NCBI GenBank assembly: GCA_018714345.1
Contig: DVNO01000002.1
Span: forward strand, 1-59,052
Reading direction: 5' to 3'
DNA from: Candidatus Enterousia avicola
GTDB lineage: Bacteria > Pseudomonadota > Alphaproteobacteria > Rs-D84
DNA length: 59,052 nt
Shown here: positions 20,133 to 30,500 of the stretch, piece after piece
How the letters are laid out: every line of letters starts with the position of its first letter
How positions within the stretch are numbered: the stretch's first letter is position 1
The notes under the pieces: generated by a model
Databases searched by the model: none
Told to the model about the DNA's origin: nothing
Seen by the model: the letters and a program-made list of their open reading frames with translations, nothing else
Program-made: the position numbers and the translations under genes

Positions 20133-21056
20133 ATGGTGGACATAAAGAATCTTCCAAATCATGGTCGAGAAACTTATGCCGTTTATTACGGTGATAGATT
20201 CGTCCTAAAGCGCCCTTTACCAACACTGGGTGAGCAAGCCAGAACTGCTTGGTTACAAAAGCAACACCGCACCCAAGATAAAATTAACGAAATACGTGCA
20301 GTTGGTAATCCACTGTATAATATTCCAGAAATGACTTTTATAAATGACGATGAATTCCAAATTCTTGAAGAGCGTGCCCCTGGGGAGCCGTTAACAGCGG
20401 AATTGTATAAAACCCTATCAAAAAGACAACAATTTGAAATAATTAATGGGATTGGCAGTTTCTTAGTGGACATGAACGAATTAAAACCCATCGGGAACAT
20501 CGAAACACACAAGATTGCCAATGATATAAAATTCAATCGGCTTTGTAATTTCATAGATAACAAAATGTCTATATGGTTTACAAAAGCTGAAATCGTTCAG
20601 ATGGAGAAAATCCGCGACGAAGTCGGTACTTTTGAATACGAAACCCGCCCCGCGTGGTCCCATGGAGACATCAATTCTGGTAATGTTTTATATGACAAAA
20701 ACACCAGCAAGCTGTCTTTTATAGACTTCGCAGAAGCAAACTATAAATTTATTTACAGGGACATATTTGCCCCACTTCAAATTGAGCTGGACATTTACAA
20801 ACCCGTCTATGAAATATATTGCAAATTACATGATAAGTCTTTGTACCCCATGTTAAGTGCAAAAAGCGACGAATTAAAAGCTATTATGAAAAATAGAATA
20901 GCGGTTGTCTTGCTACGCCGTTTTATACGAGCATCCGACGATTTACGCGTAAATCCAGCAAGTCCGAAAAGCGAAAATAACAATCTAGAAAAAGTATTTT
21001 TCATGCGTCGACAAATGCAAAATTTTGCAAAATTGGAAAAGATGTTTGAGAAATAA
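20133..21056 (+). CDS. Aminoglycoside-phosphotransferase-fold (APH/choline-kinase-like) small-molecule or protein kinase
   Basis: The 307-aa product has the catalytic-loop motif WSHGDINSGNVLYD followed by the metal-binding FIDFAEA. The gene starts 9 nt after the Fic-like gene, with an AAGGGA SD sequence. Confidence 0.7.
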   Translation: MVDIKNLPNHGRETYAVYYGDRFVLKRPLPTLGEQARTAWLQKQHRTQDKINEIRAVGNPLYNIPEMTFINDDEFQILEERAPGEPLTAELYKTLSKRQQFEIINGIGSFLVDMNELKPIGNIETHKIANDIKFNRLCNFIDNKMSIWFTKAEIVQMEKIRDEVGTFEYETRPAWSHGDINSGNVLYDKNTSKLSFIDFAEANYKFIYRDIFAPLQIELDIYKPVYEIYCKLHDKSLYPMLSAKSDELKAIMKNRIAVVLLRRFIRASDDLRVNPASPKSENNNLEKVFFMRRQMQNFAKLEKMFEK

Positions 21057-21058
21057 AT

Positions 21059-22162
21059 CTAGTCCTTTTCCCTAAATAGCTTTGCTGGATCAACAGCCTT
21101 GTCTCCGCGACGAACTTCTAGATACATCTCGGGTTTATCGGAATCCATGCGTCCAATTGGCTCTCCGGCAAGGACCTCTTGCCCCAGCATTACATTTATC
21201 TCGCCAAGGTTTGTCATAACGGTATTATAGCCGTTTTTATGCGACATTATTACAACCTTACCAAACCCCTTAAAGCTATCTGCAAACTTTACTACCCCAT
21301 CCGCAGGGGCCATTACAAGCGCATTTCCACGCACACGAATATGCCATCCATCAGATTTTAAACCAAGCGCCGTTTTTTCGGCAAAATGGACTACGACTGT
21401 TCCGCGAACCGGCTTATTTAACTTTCTAATTGAAAATCTAGAATCAGAAGACATTTCAGAACTCCCCACGCCGGCGGACAGTTCAGATATACTTTTTGCG
21501 CGCGCCGACAATTCACGCAATTTCTTTTGCAGTGCAGACTGCTGTGTACGTAACTTTTGATTTTGTGCAGAACGATTTCGAAGCAACTTATCCAGCTCAT
21601 CTTTTTCATCTGCATAACGCTTGGCAGTACGATCCAGCTTTTCTTTTTCTATGGCCCGCTCTTCCCTAATTTTTTCCAACTCTTTTATCTGTTCTGTTGC
21701 TGTTTGAATCTCTGAATCAAAATTGTCCGCAACCCCAGACAATATCGCTGATGTCAAAACATACTCTCGCATATTTTCAGAATCAAAACTTGGGTGCGAT
21801 GCAACGAAAAGTATGCTTGCCGCTGCATCAGAAATTCTGCCTTGATTCCTTTTTAGCTCTTTTTCAAGCACATCGCGCTGGGCATCTAAATCTTTTATCT
21901 TTTTTGCTACAATACTACGCTGTTCTTCCAAAGTACTAACTTTATCTGCCGCCTTTACAAGCTTCTTTTTTGTTGACTCAACTTCTTTATTGGATGTCTG
22001 AACCTGTTGCTCAAGTTTTTTATTTTGTTGTTCTGTTTTCTTTATTTGCGCCTGAATATTAGCCAGCTCGCTGGCCGCATAGACACAACTTGGGCGGATA
22101 AAACATGCCGAAATAAAAAGAACACAAGCCAAACAACCAAAATAAAACGAAAGCTTTTTCAT
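21059..22162 (-). CDS. envC: EnvC-like murein hydrolase activator (coiled coil plus degenerate LytM/M23 domain)
   Basis: The 367-aa product has a signal peptide and a long Q/K/E-rich coiled coil. The C-terminal M23-like domain lacks the HxxxD and HxH metal ligands (MSHKNGYNTVMTNLG, KPEMYLEVR). Confidence 0.8.
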   Translation of the reverse strand: MKKLSFYFGCLACVLFISACFIRPSCVYAASELANIQAQIKKTEQQNKKLEQQVQTSNKEVESTKKKLVKAADKVSTLEEQRSIVAKKIKDLDAQRDVLEKELKRNQGRISDAAASILFVASHPSFDSENMREYVLTSAILSGVADNFDSEIQTATEQIKELEKIREERAIEKEKLDRTAKRYADEKDELDKLLRNRSAQNQKLRTQQSALQKKLRELSARAKSISELSAGVGSSEMSSDSRFSIRKLNKPVRGTVVVHFAEKTALGLKSDGWHIRVRGNALVMAPADGVVKFADSFKGFGKVVIMSHKNGYNTVMTNLGEINVMLGQEVLAGEPIGRMDSDKPEMYLEVRRGDKAVDPAKLFREKD

Positions 22163-22223
22163 ATCTAACTCATTCTACCAAAATGCTAAAAAAATGCAAA
22201 TACAGCAAAATAAGAAATAAATA

Positions 22224-22245
22224 AAAACGGGGAACCCCGTTTTTA
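22224..22245. terminator. Terminator between the envC-like gene and tyrS (functions for tyrS on the minus strand)
   Basis: The sequence is aaaaacgggg-aa-ccccgttttt, a GC stem flanked by A and T runs. Confidence 0.55.
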
Positions 22246-22246
22246 T

Positions 22247-23461
22247 TTATTTTGTAACAACACGCAAAAATGTTTTCTTGCCTTTTTGAACCATTATCTC
22301 TTCCGCGGGCGCAACCTCTGCCTTCCAATCAATAGCTTTTTTGCCATCTATCTGAATTCCACCCTGCTCTATCATACGTCTAGCCTCGGATTTAGAAGAG
22401 AACAGTTTTACAGCTACCAAAAAATCTATAATTCCCATCGGAACCGACATATCTAATTTAAAGCTTGGAATGTTTTCCTTATCGGTTCCACCACCGAACA
22501 AAGCACTTGCCGCAGATTCAGCCGCCACAGCCGCATCATGCCCATGTGCTATTTCTGTTGCTGCAAAAGCCAATATCTTTTTTGCTTCATTTAATTCCGC
22601 GCCCTCTAATTTAGATAGACGTGAAATTTCATCCAAAGGTATTTCTGTAAATATCTTTAAAAACTTTTCTACCAAGTCATCTGGTGTGTTACGAAAATAC
22701 TGATAGTATTCATACGGTGTCGTTTTTTCTTCGTTTACCCAAACTGCATTTCCAGCAGATTTACCAATTTTTTCGCCTTTTGAGTCTGTAATTAGTGCTG
22801 TAGACAACACAAAAACTTCCTTGCCAAGTTTTTTCCGTATAAGCTCTACCCCCATAACGCTATTACCCCACTGATCAGCGCCACAGAATTGCAATGTACA
22901 GTTATACTTCTTATTAAGAGTCAAAAAGTCAACTGCTTGGAAAGTCATATAATTAAATTCCAAAAAGGTCATGCCGTTTTCCAAACGCCGTTTTACGCTT
23001 TCCATAGATAACATACGCGGAATTGTAAAATCTGTTCCGAATTCACGCAAAAATTCCATATGTCCATAGTTTTTCATCCAATCATAGTTATCAACCATAA
23101 TTGCATCATTCTCTCCATCACCAAATTTTATAAACTTTGATATGGATTTTCTTAACCCCGTACAGTTTTTCTCTATCTGTTCGTCAGTTAACATTGGGCG
23201 CCCTTTGTCACGACCGGATGGGTCACCTATGCGCCCCGTCGCACCACCAACCAACAAAATAGGTTTGTTTCCATACTTCTGGAACCAACGTATTAACATC
23301 AAAGATGCTAAATGCCCAACATGCAAAGAATCCCCCGTGGGGTCTGTTCCCCAATAACCAACGATGCGCCCAGAAGCCAATGCTTCATCCAACCCCTCAA
23401 GGTTAGAAGATTGATTTATAAAACCTCTAGCTTCCAATTCCTGTAATAACTTACTTTTCAT
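22247..23461 (-). CDS. tyrS: Tyrosine--tRNA ligase
   Basis: The 404-aa product has the HIGH-class motif (SLHVGHL), a KMSKS-like KIGKS and a C-terminal S4 domain. Confidence 0.97.
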   Translation of the reverse strand: MKSKLLQELEARGFINQSSNLEGLDEALASGRIVGYWGTDPTGDSLHVGHLASLMLIRWFQKYGNKPILLVGGATGRIGDPSGRDKGRPMLTDEQIEKNCTGLRKSISKFIKFGDGENDAIMVDNYDWMKNYGHMEFLREFGTDFTIPRMLSMESVKRRLENGMTFLEFNYMTFQAVDFLTLNKKYNCTLQFCGADQWGNSVMGVELIRKKLGKEVFVLSTALITDSKGEKIGKSAGNAVWVNEEKTTPYEYYQYFRNTPDDLVEKFLKIFTEIPLDEISRLSKLEGAELNEAKKILAFAATEIAHGHDAAVAAESAASALFGGGTDKENIPSFKLDMSVPMGIIDFLVAVKLFSSKSEARRMIEQGGIQIDGKKAIDWKAEVAPAEEIMVQKGKKTFLRVVTK

Positions 23462-23522
23462 AAACCTCGTCCTTTTAGGTTTATAATATCAGAATAAAAT
23501 CTAATATTCCATATACTTTGAA

Positions 23523-23550
23523 TAAAAAACCGCACCTTACAAAAGCGCGG
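23523..23550 (-). terminator. Rho-independent terminator after tsf
   Basis: On the minus strand, CCGCGC-ttttgtaag-GTGCGG (one G-U pair) is followed by TTTTTTATT. Confidence 0.55.
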
Positions 23551-23578
23551 TTTTCATTTTTTGCATTTGGTAAATTAC

Positions 23579-24448
23579 TTATTGCAACATTTTTGCAACT
23601 TCGTCTGCCAAATTGTCTTCACGCTTTTGAATACCTTCGCCTAAGACAAAATAAGCAAACCCAGCCAATTTACCACCAGCTTCTTCAACGACTTGCTTTA
23701 CTGTCTTGGAAGGATCCATAACAAATGGCTGTTCTTCTAAAACAGTCTCTGCATAGAATTTGTGAATACGACCCTGAACCATCTTTTCTACAACGTTTTC
23801 TGGTTTGCCTGCTGTTGCACCAGATTCAATAAATACCTTCTTTTCACGTTCAACAGCAACTGGATCAACATCTGCGATGGTCATGTATTCTGGTTTATTC
23901 GCTGCAATATGCATAGCTACTTTATTACCAATCTCATCGATTTTGTCTGAATCACCATTAATTGCAACGACAACACCAATCTGCCCCATACCTGGAACCA
24001 AAGCATTGTGAATATAAGAATAAATATGATCACCTGAAACCTTTGCAATACGGCGCAAGTTCATGTTCTCACCAATTGTAGAAATCGTAGCAGCAATGTC
24101 GTCTTTCACAGCTTCCATAGTTGCATCAAAATCCCCTTTCATTTCAGCAGCTTTATTAGCAATGTCTGAAACCAATTTCTGGAACTTATCATTTTTTGCA
24201 ACGAAGTCTGTTTCTGCATTAACTTCGACAACGCATCCCATATCGTCACATTTCACAACAGTTACCAAACCAGACGCCGCAACACGACCAGCTTTTGAGG
24301 CCGCTTTAACAATACCCTTCTGGCGTAACCAGTCAGCCGCCGCTTCGATATCACCATTGTTTTCAACCAAAGCCTTTTTGCAGTCCATCATCCCTGCGGA
24401 TGTTTTTTCACGCAATTCTTGAATTAATTTAGCGGTTACTTCTGCCAT
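23579..24448 (-). CDS. tsf: Translation elongation factor Ts
   Basis: The 289-aa product starts MAEVTAKLIQELREKTSAGMMDCKKAL, the canonical EF-Ts N-terminus. Confidence 0.97.
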   Translation of the reverse strand: MAEVTAKLIQELREKTSAGMMDCKKALVENNGDIEAAADWLRQKGIVKAASKAGRVAASGLVTVVKCDDMGCVVEVNAETDFVAKNDKFQKLVSDIANKAAEMKGDFDATMEAVKDDIAATISTIGENMNLRRIAKVSGDHIYSYIHNALVPGMGQIGVVVAINGDSDKIDEIGNKVAMHIAANKPEYMTIADVDPVAVEREKKVFIESGATAGKPENVVEKMVQGRIHKFYAETVLEEQPFVMDPSKTVKQVVEEAGGKLAGFAYFVLGEGIQKREDNLADEVAKMLQ

Positions 24449-24480
24449 TGTATTCCCCCATAATTTATATTTTTGTCTTA

Positions 24481-24517
24481 GTATACCTTGCGTTAGTAAA
24501 AACTAACACAGGTATAC
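24481..24517 (-). other. Long imperfect stem-loop in the rpsB-tsf intergenic spacer
   Basis: An outer stem gtatacct/aggtatac and an inner stem gttag/ctaac surround a taaaaa loop. No U-run follows, so it is more likely a processing, attenuation or stability element than a terminator. Confidence 0.35.
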
Positions 24518-24538
24518 CGAATTTTAATTTGGCACTAA

Positions 24539-25399
24539 TTATTTAGCAGCCTTTTCTGCTTTCTCTATCATCTTACCACGACGTTCTGCACGCGCTTCTG
24601 ATGTCTTAGATTTCTGACGAGCTTCTTTATCTTTTATATCGGCTTCCAGTTCATCAGCTGCAGAATCTTTCATATCAGATTCAACTTTTTTACCAGCTGC
24701 ACCGCCCAAGCGTTTTTCAATACCAGACAAAATTGCATCTACGAACAAATCGCAATACAACTGTGTCGCGCGCGCTGCGTCATCATTACCTGGAACAGGA
24801 TAGTCAACCAATTCTGGATTTGCATTTGTATCGCAAATTGCAATTGTCGGAATATCCAAAATTCTGGCTTCACGAACAGCATTGATTTCACGAGGAACAT
24901 CAATAACTATCATAGCTTGTGGTGTGCCATGCATTTCCAAAATACCGCCGAAGATGTCACGCAATTTTTCTACTTCTTTTGTCATAACACCGACTTCTTT
25001 CTTGGTCAAGCCCAATTTATCAGCATTTTCAATGTCAGATTCCATCTTCTTCAAACGACGAATAGATTGAGAAACAGTCGTCCAGTTTGTCAACATACCA
25101 CCCAACCAACGATTGTTTACATAGAACTGACCGCAACGTTCGGCAGCATCTTTAACAATATCTTTTGCCTGATGCTTTGTTGCAACGAACAAGATTTTTC
25201 CACCAGCAGCTGCGATAGCTTCCAGCGCAACCAATGCGCGATGTAATAACGGTGCAGTCTTGTTCAAGTTAATAATGTGAATTTTATCTTTTACCCCATA
25301 AACGTACGGTGTCATCAACGGATTCCAGCGACGTGTATGATGTCCAAAATGTACCCCAGCTTCCATAAGCTGTTGCATTGTAAATGTTGGCAATGCCAT
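24539..25399 (-). CDS. rpsB: 30S ribosomal protein S2 with a charged C-terminal extension
   Basis: The 286-aa product starts MALPTFTMQQLMEAGVHFGHHTRRWNP, canonical S2. The last ~50 aa are Lys/Glu/Ala-rich. Confidence 0.97.
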   Translation of the reverse strand: MALPTFTMQQLMEAGVHFGHHTRRWNPLMTPYVYGVKDKIHIINLNKTAPLLHRALVALEAIAAAGGKILFVATKHQAKDIVKDAAERCGQFYVNNRWLGGMLTNWTTVSQSIRRLKKMESDIENADKLGLTKKEVGVMTKEVEKLRDIFGGILEMHGTPQAMIVIDVPREINAVREARILDIPTIAICDTNANPELVDYPVPGNDDAARATQLYCDLFVDAILSGIEKRLGGAAGKKVESDMKDSAADELEADIKDKEARQKSKTSEARAERRGKMIEKAEKAAK

Positions 25400-25516
25400 T
25401 GTAATATCCTTTGTTTTCTGTTGTTATCCTCGTCGTCGGTGAAAACCAAATTTTCATTTGGACAGAAACTTTGTTGACCGAACGACTGTGTTCTTCACGC
25501 AAAAACGTGTAGCCAG

Positions 25517-25545
25517 ATAATAGACTAAACATAAAAGAAAATCAA
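25517..25545 (-). promoter_or_regulatory. Candidate sigma-70 promoter for rpsB-tsf
   Basis: On the minus strand, TTGATT (25540-25545) is followed by a 17-nt spacer and TATTAT (25517-25522). This predicts a leader of about 110 nt. Confidence 0.35.
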
Positions 25546-25632
25546 GTAAAAACTAACATTTTCCAAACAAATAAAATCCTATGCCTATGATTGACAAAAA
25601 ACATAAGTGTATTAATATAAAAGAACCATATC

Positions 25633-27450
25633 ATGAAGTTTACAAGATTATGTTTTTATTCTGGTTTTGTCTTTGTTGCAATATCAAACTGTTTTGCAAC
25701 AGATTTTCAGCACAAACAGGACTGTTCGAATTCAGAATACAAAGAAAAGCACCCCTATAAGTGCGCGTCTATAACAGCGCCGTTGGTTTCTAGTGCTACG
25801 GTTCTTGGTGGTGCCATAGCTTTAATAAGCTTATCATCTAATTCTTCTTCTGCCCCACAAGAGACATCTCACTATCAGCCTACGCTGCCAACTTATAATT
25901 TTGTCGGCGGAGATATAGACTCCATACATTTAGCCAATGTTGCAAAGTCTATTGAATACACTGAAAATTTAGAACAGTACAATGATATAAGACTGGCATA
26001 TTCAATTGCCCGCGGTTATACCGGCAAGGGGACTAATATAGCCATACTTGATGCGGGTCTAGATTCATGGCACGGCCAAACGGTTCACGACATTACTTCT
26101 GGACCTATTGCACCAGACGCCAGCATAGAATCATATAAAATTGCATACGATATGGACTTTTTGCCTTACGAAGAAATAGGTAAAGTAATCGCACAAGCCA
26201 ATGATGCAGATATTTTTAATGCAAGTTGGTCCGTTTCTATGCGTGCAACAGCACTTAAATCACGTCAACAACTGGAAAGACTTACTGGAGAAACTTTTGT
26301 AAACGAATTATCCAATGCGGCCGAACGAGATGCGATATTCGTGTGGGCAGCCGGAAACGATTCCAACAGTCAAAGTAGTGCGCTTTCCGCCCTGCCATCT
26401 GTTATGCCAGAATTGCAAGGACACTTCGTAAATGTAGTTGCTTGGGACAGCGAAAAAAAATCTTTGGCGGATTATAGCAACGCATGTGGAATAACTAAAT
26501 CTTGGTGCATAACGGCACCAGGCACAAACATATCAACAGGCGAAAGCATCGCCAGTGGTACAAGCTTTGCAACACCAATCGTTTCGGCCGCAATAGCGGT
26601 CATAAAAGAAGCTTTCCCATACATGAAGGCAACAGAAATAACCAACTTATTATTTGAAACCGCACGAGATTTAGGCTCGCCCGGCATAGACGAAATTTAC
26701 GGGCACGGTATGCTGGATTTAGAGCGCGCGACAAGACCCGTCGGTGCACCGTTAATTCCACTTGATAATGGCATAGTACAAGAACTTCAACCCGCCAGAG
26801 TTTCTGGTACAATTGCACACAATATAAAGAAAGTTGCCCCAAAATTTGCGTACTTTGACAAATACGGGCGCGCTTTTGATTCAGAATTATCAAATGTTAT
26901 TTCAGTCCAAAATCAAGGTATAGGATTTCAAAGACTACGCCAAGATAAAGACATTATTGTTGCCAAAACCAACCACTTAGAATTTGGTTTACAAAACAGT
27001 GATATTCTATTTGGTGACAGCTTTTTACAAAATACTGATAACGAGTTATTTGGCTTTATGGGCATACAAAACGATTTTGATATCGCCGGAATAAAGTTCT
27101 TTCAACGCGCCAGAATATCTATCGGCATGCCACGCACAACAGAGAACTCTATAATAAATGACTTTTCTAACATATACATGGCTTCTGTTGATGTTGGCGC
27201 AAGTATAGGAGATTTGTCCTTTGGTGTATCTATTCCAGATACAATAATTGGTGGGACAATGGATATAAGATTGCCAACTGGCCGTACAGAAAACGGTACA
27301 ATATTGTATAATGACTACGTAATAAATATGCTTGGCACGCCTGCCATAGAATACACTATATCCTATAAGTCATTTACCGCCAGTTTTGTAGACAACCCAT
27401 ATGGCACAGATGAGTTCTTTATAATGAGCCGTGCCAAGATTAGCTTTTAA
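25633..27450 (+). CDS. Secreted subtilisin-family (S8) serine peptidase with a possible C-terminal outer-membrane domain
   Basis: The 605-aa product has a signal peptide. The triad motifs are IAILDAGLD (Asp), WHGQTVHD (His) and SGTSFATPIVSAA (Ser). About 240 aa follow the protease domain, ending ...RAKISF. Confidence 0.8.
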   Translation: MKFTRLCFYSGFVFVAISNCFATDFQHKQDCSNSEYKEKHPYKCASITAPLVSSATVLGGAIALISLSSNSSSAPQETSHYQPTLPTYNFVGGDIDSIHLANVAKSIEYTENLEQYNDIRLAYSIARGYTGKGTNIAILDAGLDSWHGQTVHDITSGPIAPDASIESYKIAYDMDFLPYEEIGKVIAQANDADIFNASWSVSMRATALKSRQQLERLTGETFVNELSNAAERDAIFVWAAGNDSNSQSSALSALPSVMPELQGHFVNVVAWDSEKKSLADYSNACGITKSWCITAPGTNISTGESIASGTSFATPIVSAAIAVIKEAFPYMKATEITNLLFETARDLGSPGIDEIYGHGMLDLERATRPVGAPLIPLDNGIVQELQPARVSGTIAHNIKKVAPKFAYFDKYGRAFDSELSNVISVQNQGIGFQRLRQDKDIIVAKTNHLEFGLQNSDILFGDSFLQNTDNELFGFMGIQNDFDIAGIKFFQRARISIGMPRTTENSIINDFSNIYMASVDVGASIGDLSFGVSIPDTIIGGTMDIRLPTGRTENGTILYNDYVINMLGTPAIEYTISYKSFTASFVDNPYGTDEFFIMSRAKISF

Positions 27451-27524
27451 TATTTATCAATATTTAACTTGTGTTTTTGGACTTTCACATTTAAGATTAT
27501 TCCATCTGATGGAAAGGGATTTTT

Positions 27525-30500
27525 ATGCGATCTAAAAATAAATATTCTAAGAAAAGTTCAACTACACAAAAAACAAACAACGTTACAGGAAAGACACAAC
27601 AACGTTGGCATAAAAAGTTGTTGATAATTGCCTCTATAATATTGCTTGTTTTTGTTGCAGCAGGTATTTTGTTATGGAATTCATTTTCGTATGATAAGAA
27701 CGCAACAATATACACTTCTAGTGTTGCCGCTCCAACCGAAAGCACATTCACAGATGACAACTATATGCTTTTTTCCACCAAAAGTGATATACCAGACGTA
27801 AATAATGATAGAAGCTTAACGCCTGCAAGCAATTTAATTATTTCTTATTCTTTAAAAAGTGGCGATTACGCACCTGTATTTAATATGAATATCACGGATG
27901 CAGACCTAATAAATGAAGTAAAAATAAGCCCTTTTATTCGTGGCAACTGGCGGTTCTTGGCAGATAATTCTTTACTGTTTACACCCGAAACACCGTGGCC
28001 CGCCGACACAAAGTTTACTGTAAAAATAAATGAAGACTTATTTAATAAAGATGTAAAAATTGACACTAATAAAGTATCTTTTAAAACACCTGAAATTACC
28101 GCCAAAGTAGATAGCTTTAATGTTTATTCTGCCCCAAATGATAAAAAATCGGTAATCGGAATAGCAGTAATTTCTTTTAATTACGAAATAAACACAAAAG
28201 ATTTTAAAGATAAAATCTCATTAAAAATAGACGATGAAAAACTCGATTTTTCCGTAAAGTTTGATAGATTTCATAGGACCGCTTTTATTACATCTGCACC
28301 GGTAAGTGTGACAACGGAACCTCAAATCATGCGCTTAAAGCTTAATCGCGTGCCTGCGCTGGACGGAAAATCTGACACAAAGAAAATAACTGCAAATTTG
28401 ACAATAGAAGCATCAGATAATATTTTTAAAGTCGCGTCACTTTCAACTGTTGTTGTTAACGATAATGACGGCAATGCACAACAGTTGATACTTGCAAACA
28501 CGACCGTTGCCGCCAAAAGTGAAAAAGATTTATCCAATTATATGTCGGTATATCTACTTCCTGAATTTTACGATGATGAAGAAAAGCAAAATGATACCCC
28601 GCACGATTGGAAAGCCGACGAGGTAACAGATAAAGTACTATCGGAATCGAAAGAAATAAAAATTACACCTACAAATTTTGCAACACCAAAAGGCATTTAT
28701 CAATATGCATATTCATATGATGTCTCGGAAAGCACAAAAAGGTATTTATACGTATCAATAAAAGCTGGTGCAGAATCCAAAAGTGGGTTTGAGATGAAAA
28801 ATGGTCTCAATACAATTATGCAAGTTCCGTACCCTGCCCCAAGCGTAACAATCGCAGGTTCTGGCGCATTGCTATCTTTATCTGGCAACCAAAAACTTGG
28901 TCTTGTTGCCCAAGGCGGTGTAAAAACAGCTTACGTGAATTTATACAAGGTAAAAACAGAAGAAGTAAATCATTTGATTTCTCAAACGTATAATATTTTT
29001 TCACCTGACATAGAATTTAAATCTTGGTCTTTTGGCGTATATGATATGTCTGTCGTATTTCAAAAGAGAATTTCTTTTGCAAATTCATCTATGAAAAGAA
29101 ATTCTTACGCTTCGCTTGACCTTGGTGATTATCTAGACAGAACGTATAACGAAAACACAGGAATATTTGTAATACAAACAGGTTTCTCAGAAAATTCCGC
29201 TGAATACAATGACAAACGCTTAATTCTGCTAACAGATTTAGGAATTATTCGAAAAACCAATCTTAACGAAACTTCTGATGTATTCGTATCTAATTTATCC
29301 AGCGGGCTGCCTGCGAAAGATGTGAAAATAGATGTACTGGGAAGAAATGGCAACGCTATTTGGAGCGGACTAACGGACAAAAATGGTCACGTAGAAATTC
29401 CTGCATTTCCATGGTCAGAATACAGAAATGCAAAGGAACCTGTTGCCATAGTTGCCAGACAAAAAAACGATATATCTTTCATTCCTTACAATGCGTACAA
29501 CCAACAGGTAGAATACTCAAAATTTGACATAGATGGAACGTATCAGTCGTCTATGACACCTTTAAATGCATATATATTTTCCGATCGGGGAATATATCGT
29601 CCAGGAGAGCAAGTTGTTTTAAGTGGCATAGTAAAAAATAAAAGCTTTAAATCCCTGTCTGGAATTCCTGTCAGGTTACAAGTACGTGATTCCATGGGGA
29701 AAATCGTAATTGATAAATCGTTTTCTTTAACTGCTGACGGGATGTTTGATATAAAACACACTATTTCAGAAGATTCAGGTCTTGGCACATGGAACGCGTA
29801 TTTATATTCGCTAAATTCTAATGGTACTTTAGATGATATGTTAGGTTCGGCATACTTTGAAGTACAAGAATTTGTCCCAGACACCATGGAAATTAATGCA
29901 AATATAGTTGGCAAGTCTCAAGAAAGTTGGTTGGCGTTAAATAATGTAAAGGCAAATGTTTCATTACGAAATTTATTTGGAACACCAGCAACAAACAAAA
30001 GAATATCTGTTACCGCTACCTTGACACCAGCAGACTATTCGTTTGACGAATTTAAAGGCTATGTCTTTACACCTAATTTCATATCTGGCACAGGCCTTGC
30101 AGACGGTGTTTCACGTTACAGCAAAACATACACAGAAGAATTGCCAGACTTAAGAACAGACAATAATGGTAACGCAGAAATAAACGTAAAGTTACAAGAC
30201 AATATACCAGATGGAACGTATATTTTAAATCTAAGCATACAAGGCTTTGAAGCAGATTCAGGCAAAAGCGTTCAGACAAATGTATCTACAAGGGCTTCTG
30301 ATGCGAAATATCTGATTGGTTGGAAAGCGTCTGCCGATTTAGATTATATAAATAAAAACTCTGAACGAAAAATAAACATAGTCGCAGTAGATCACACAGG
30401 GAAACAGGCTTCTGTCGACGGATTAAAATTACACATAATAAAAAAAGAAGAACAGACCAGTCTTGTAAAAGATTATAGCAATAATTACAAATACCAGACT

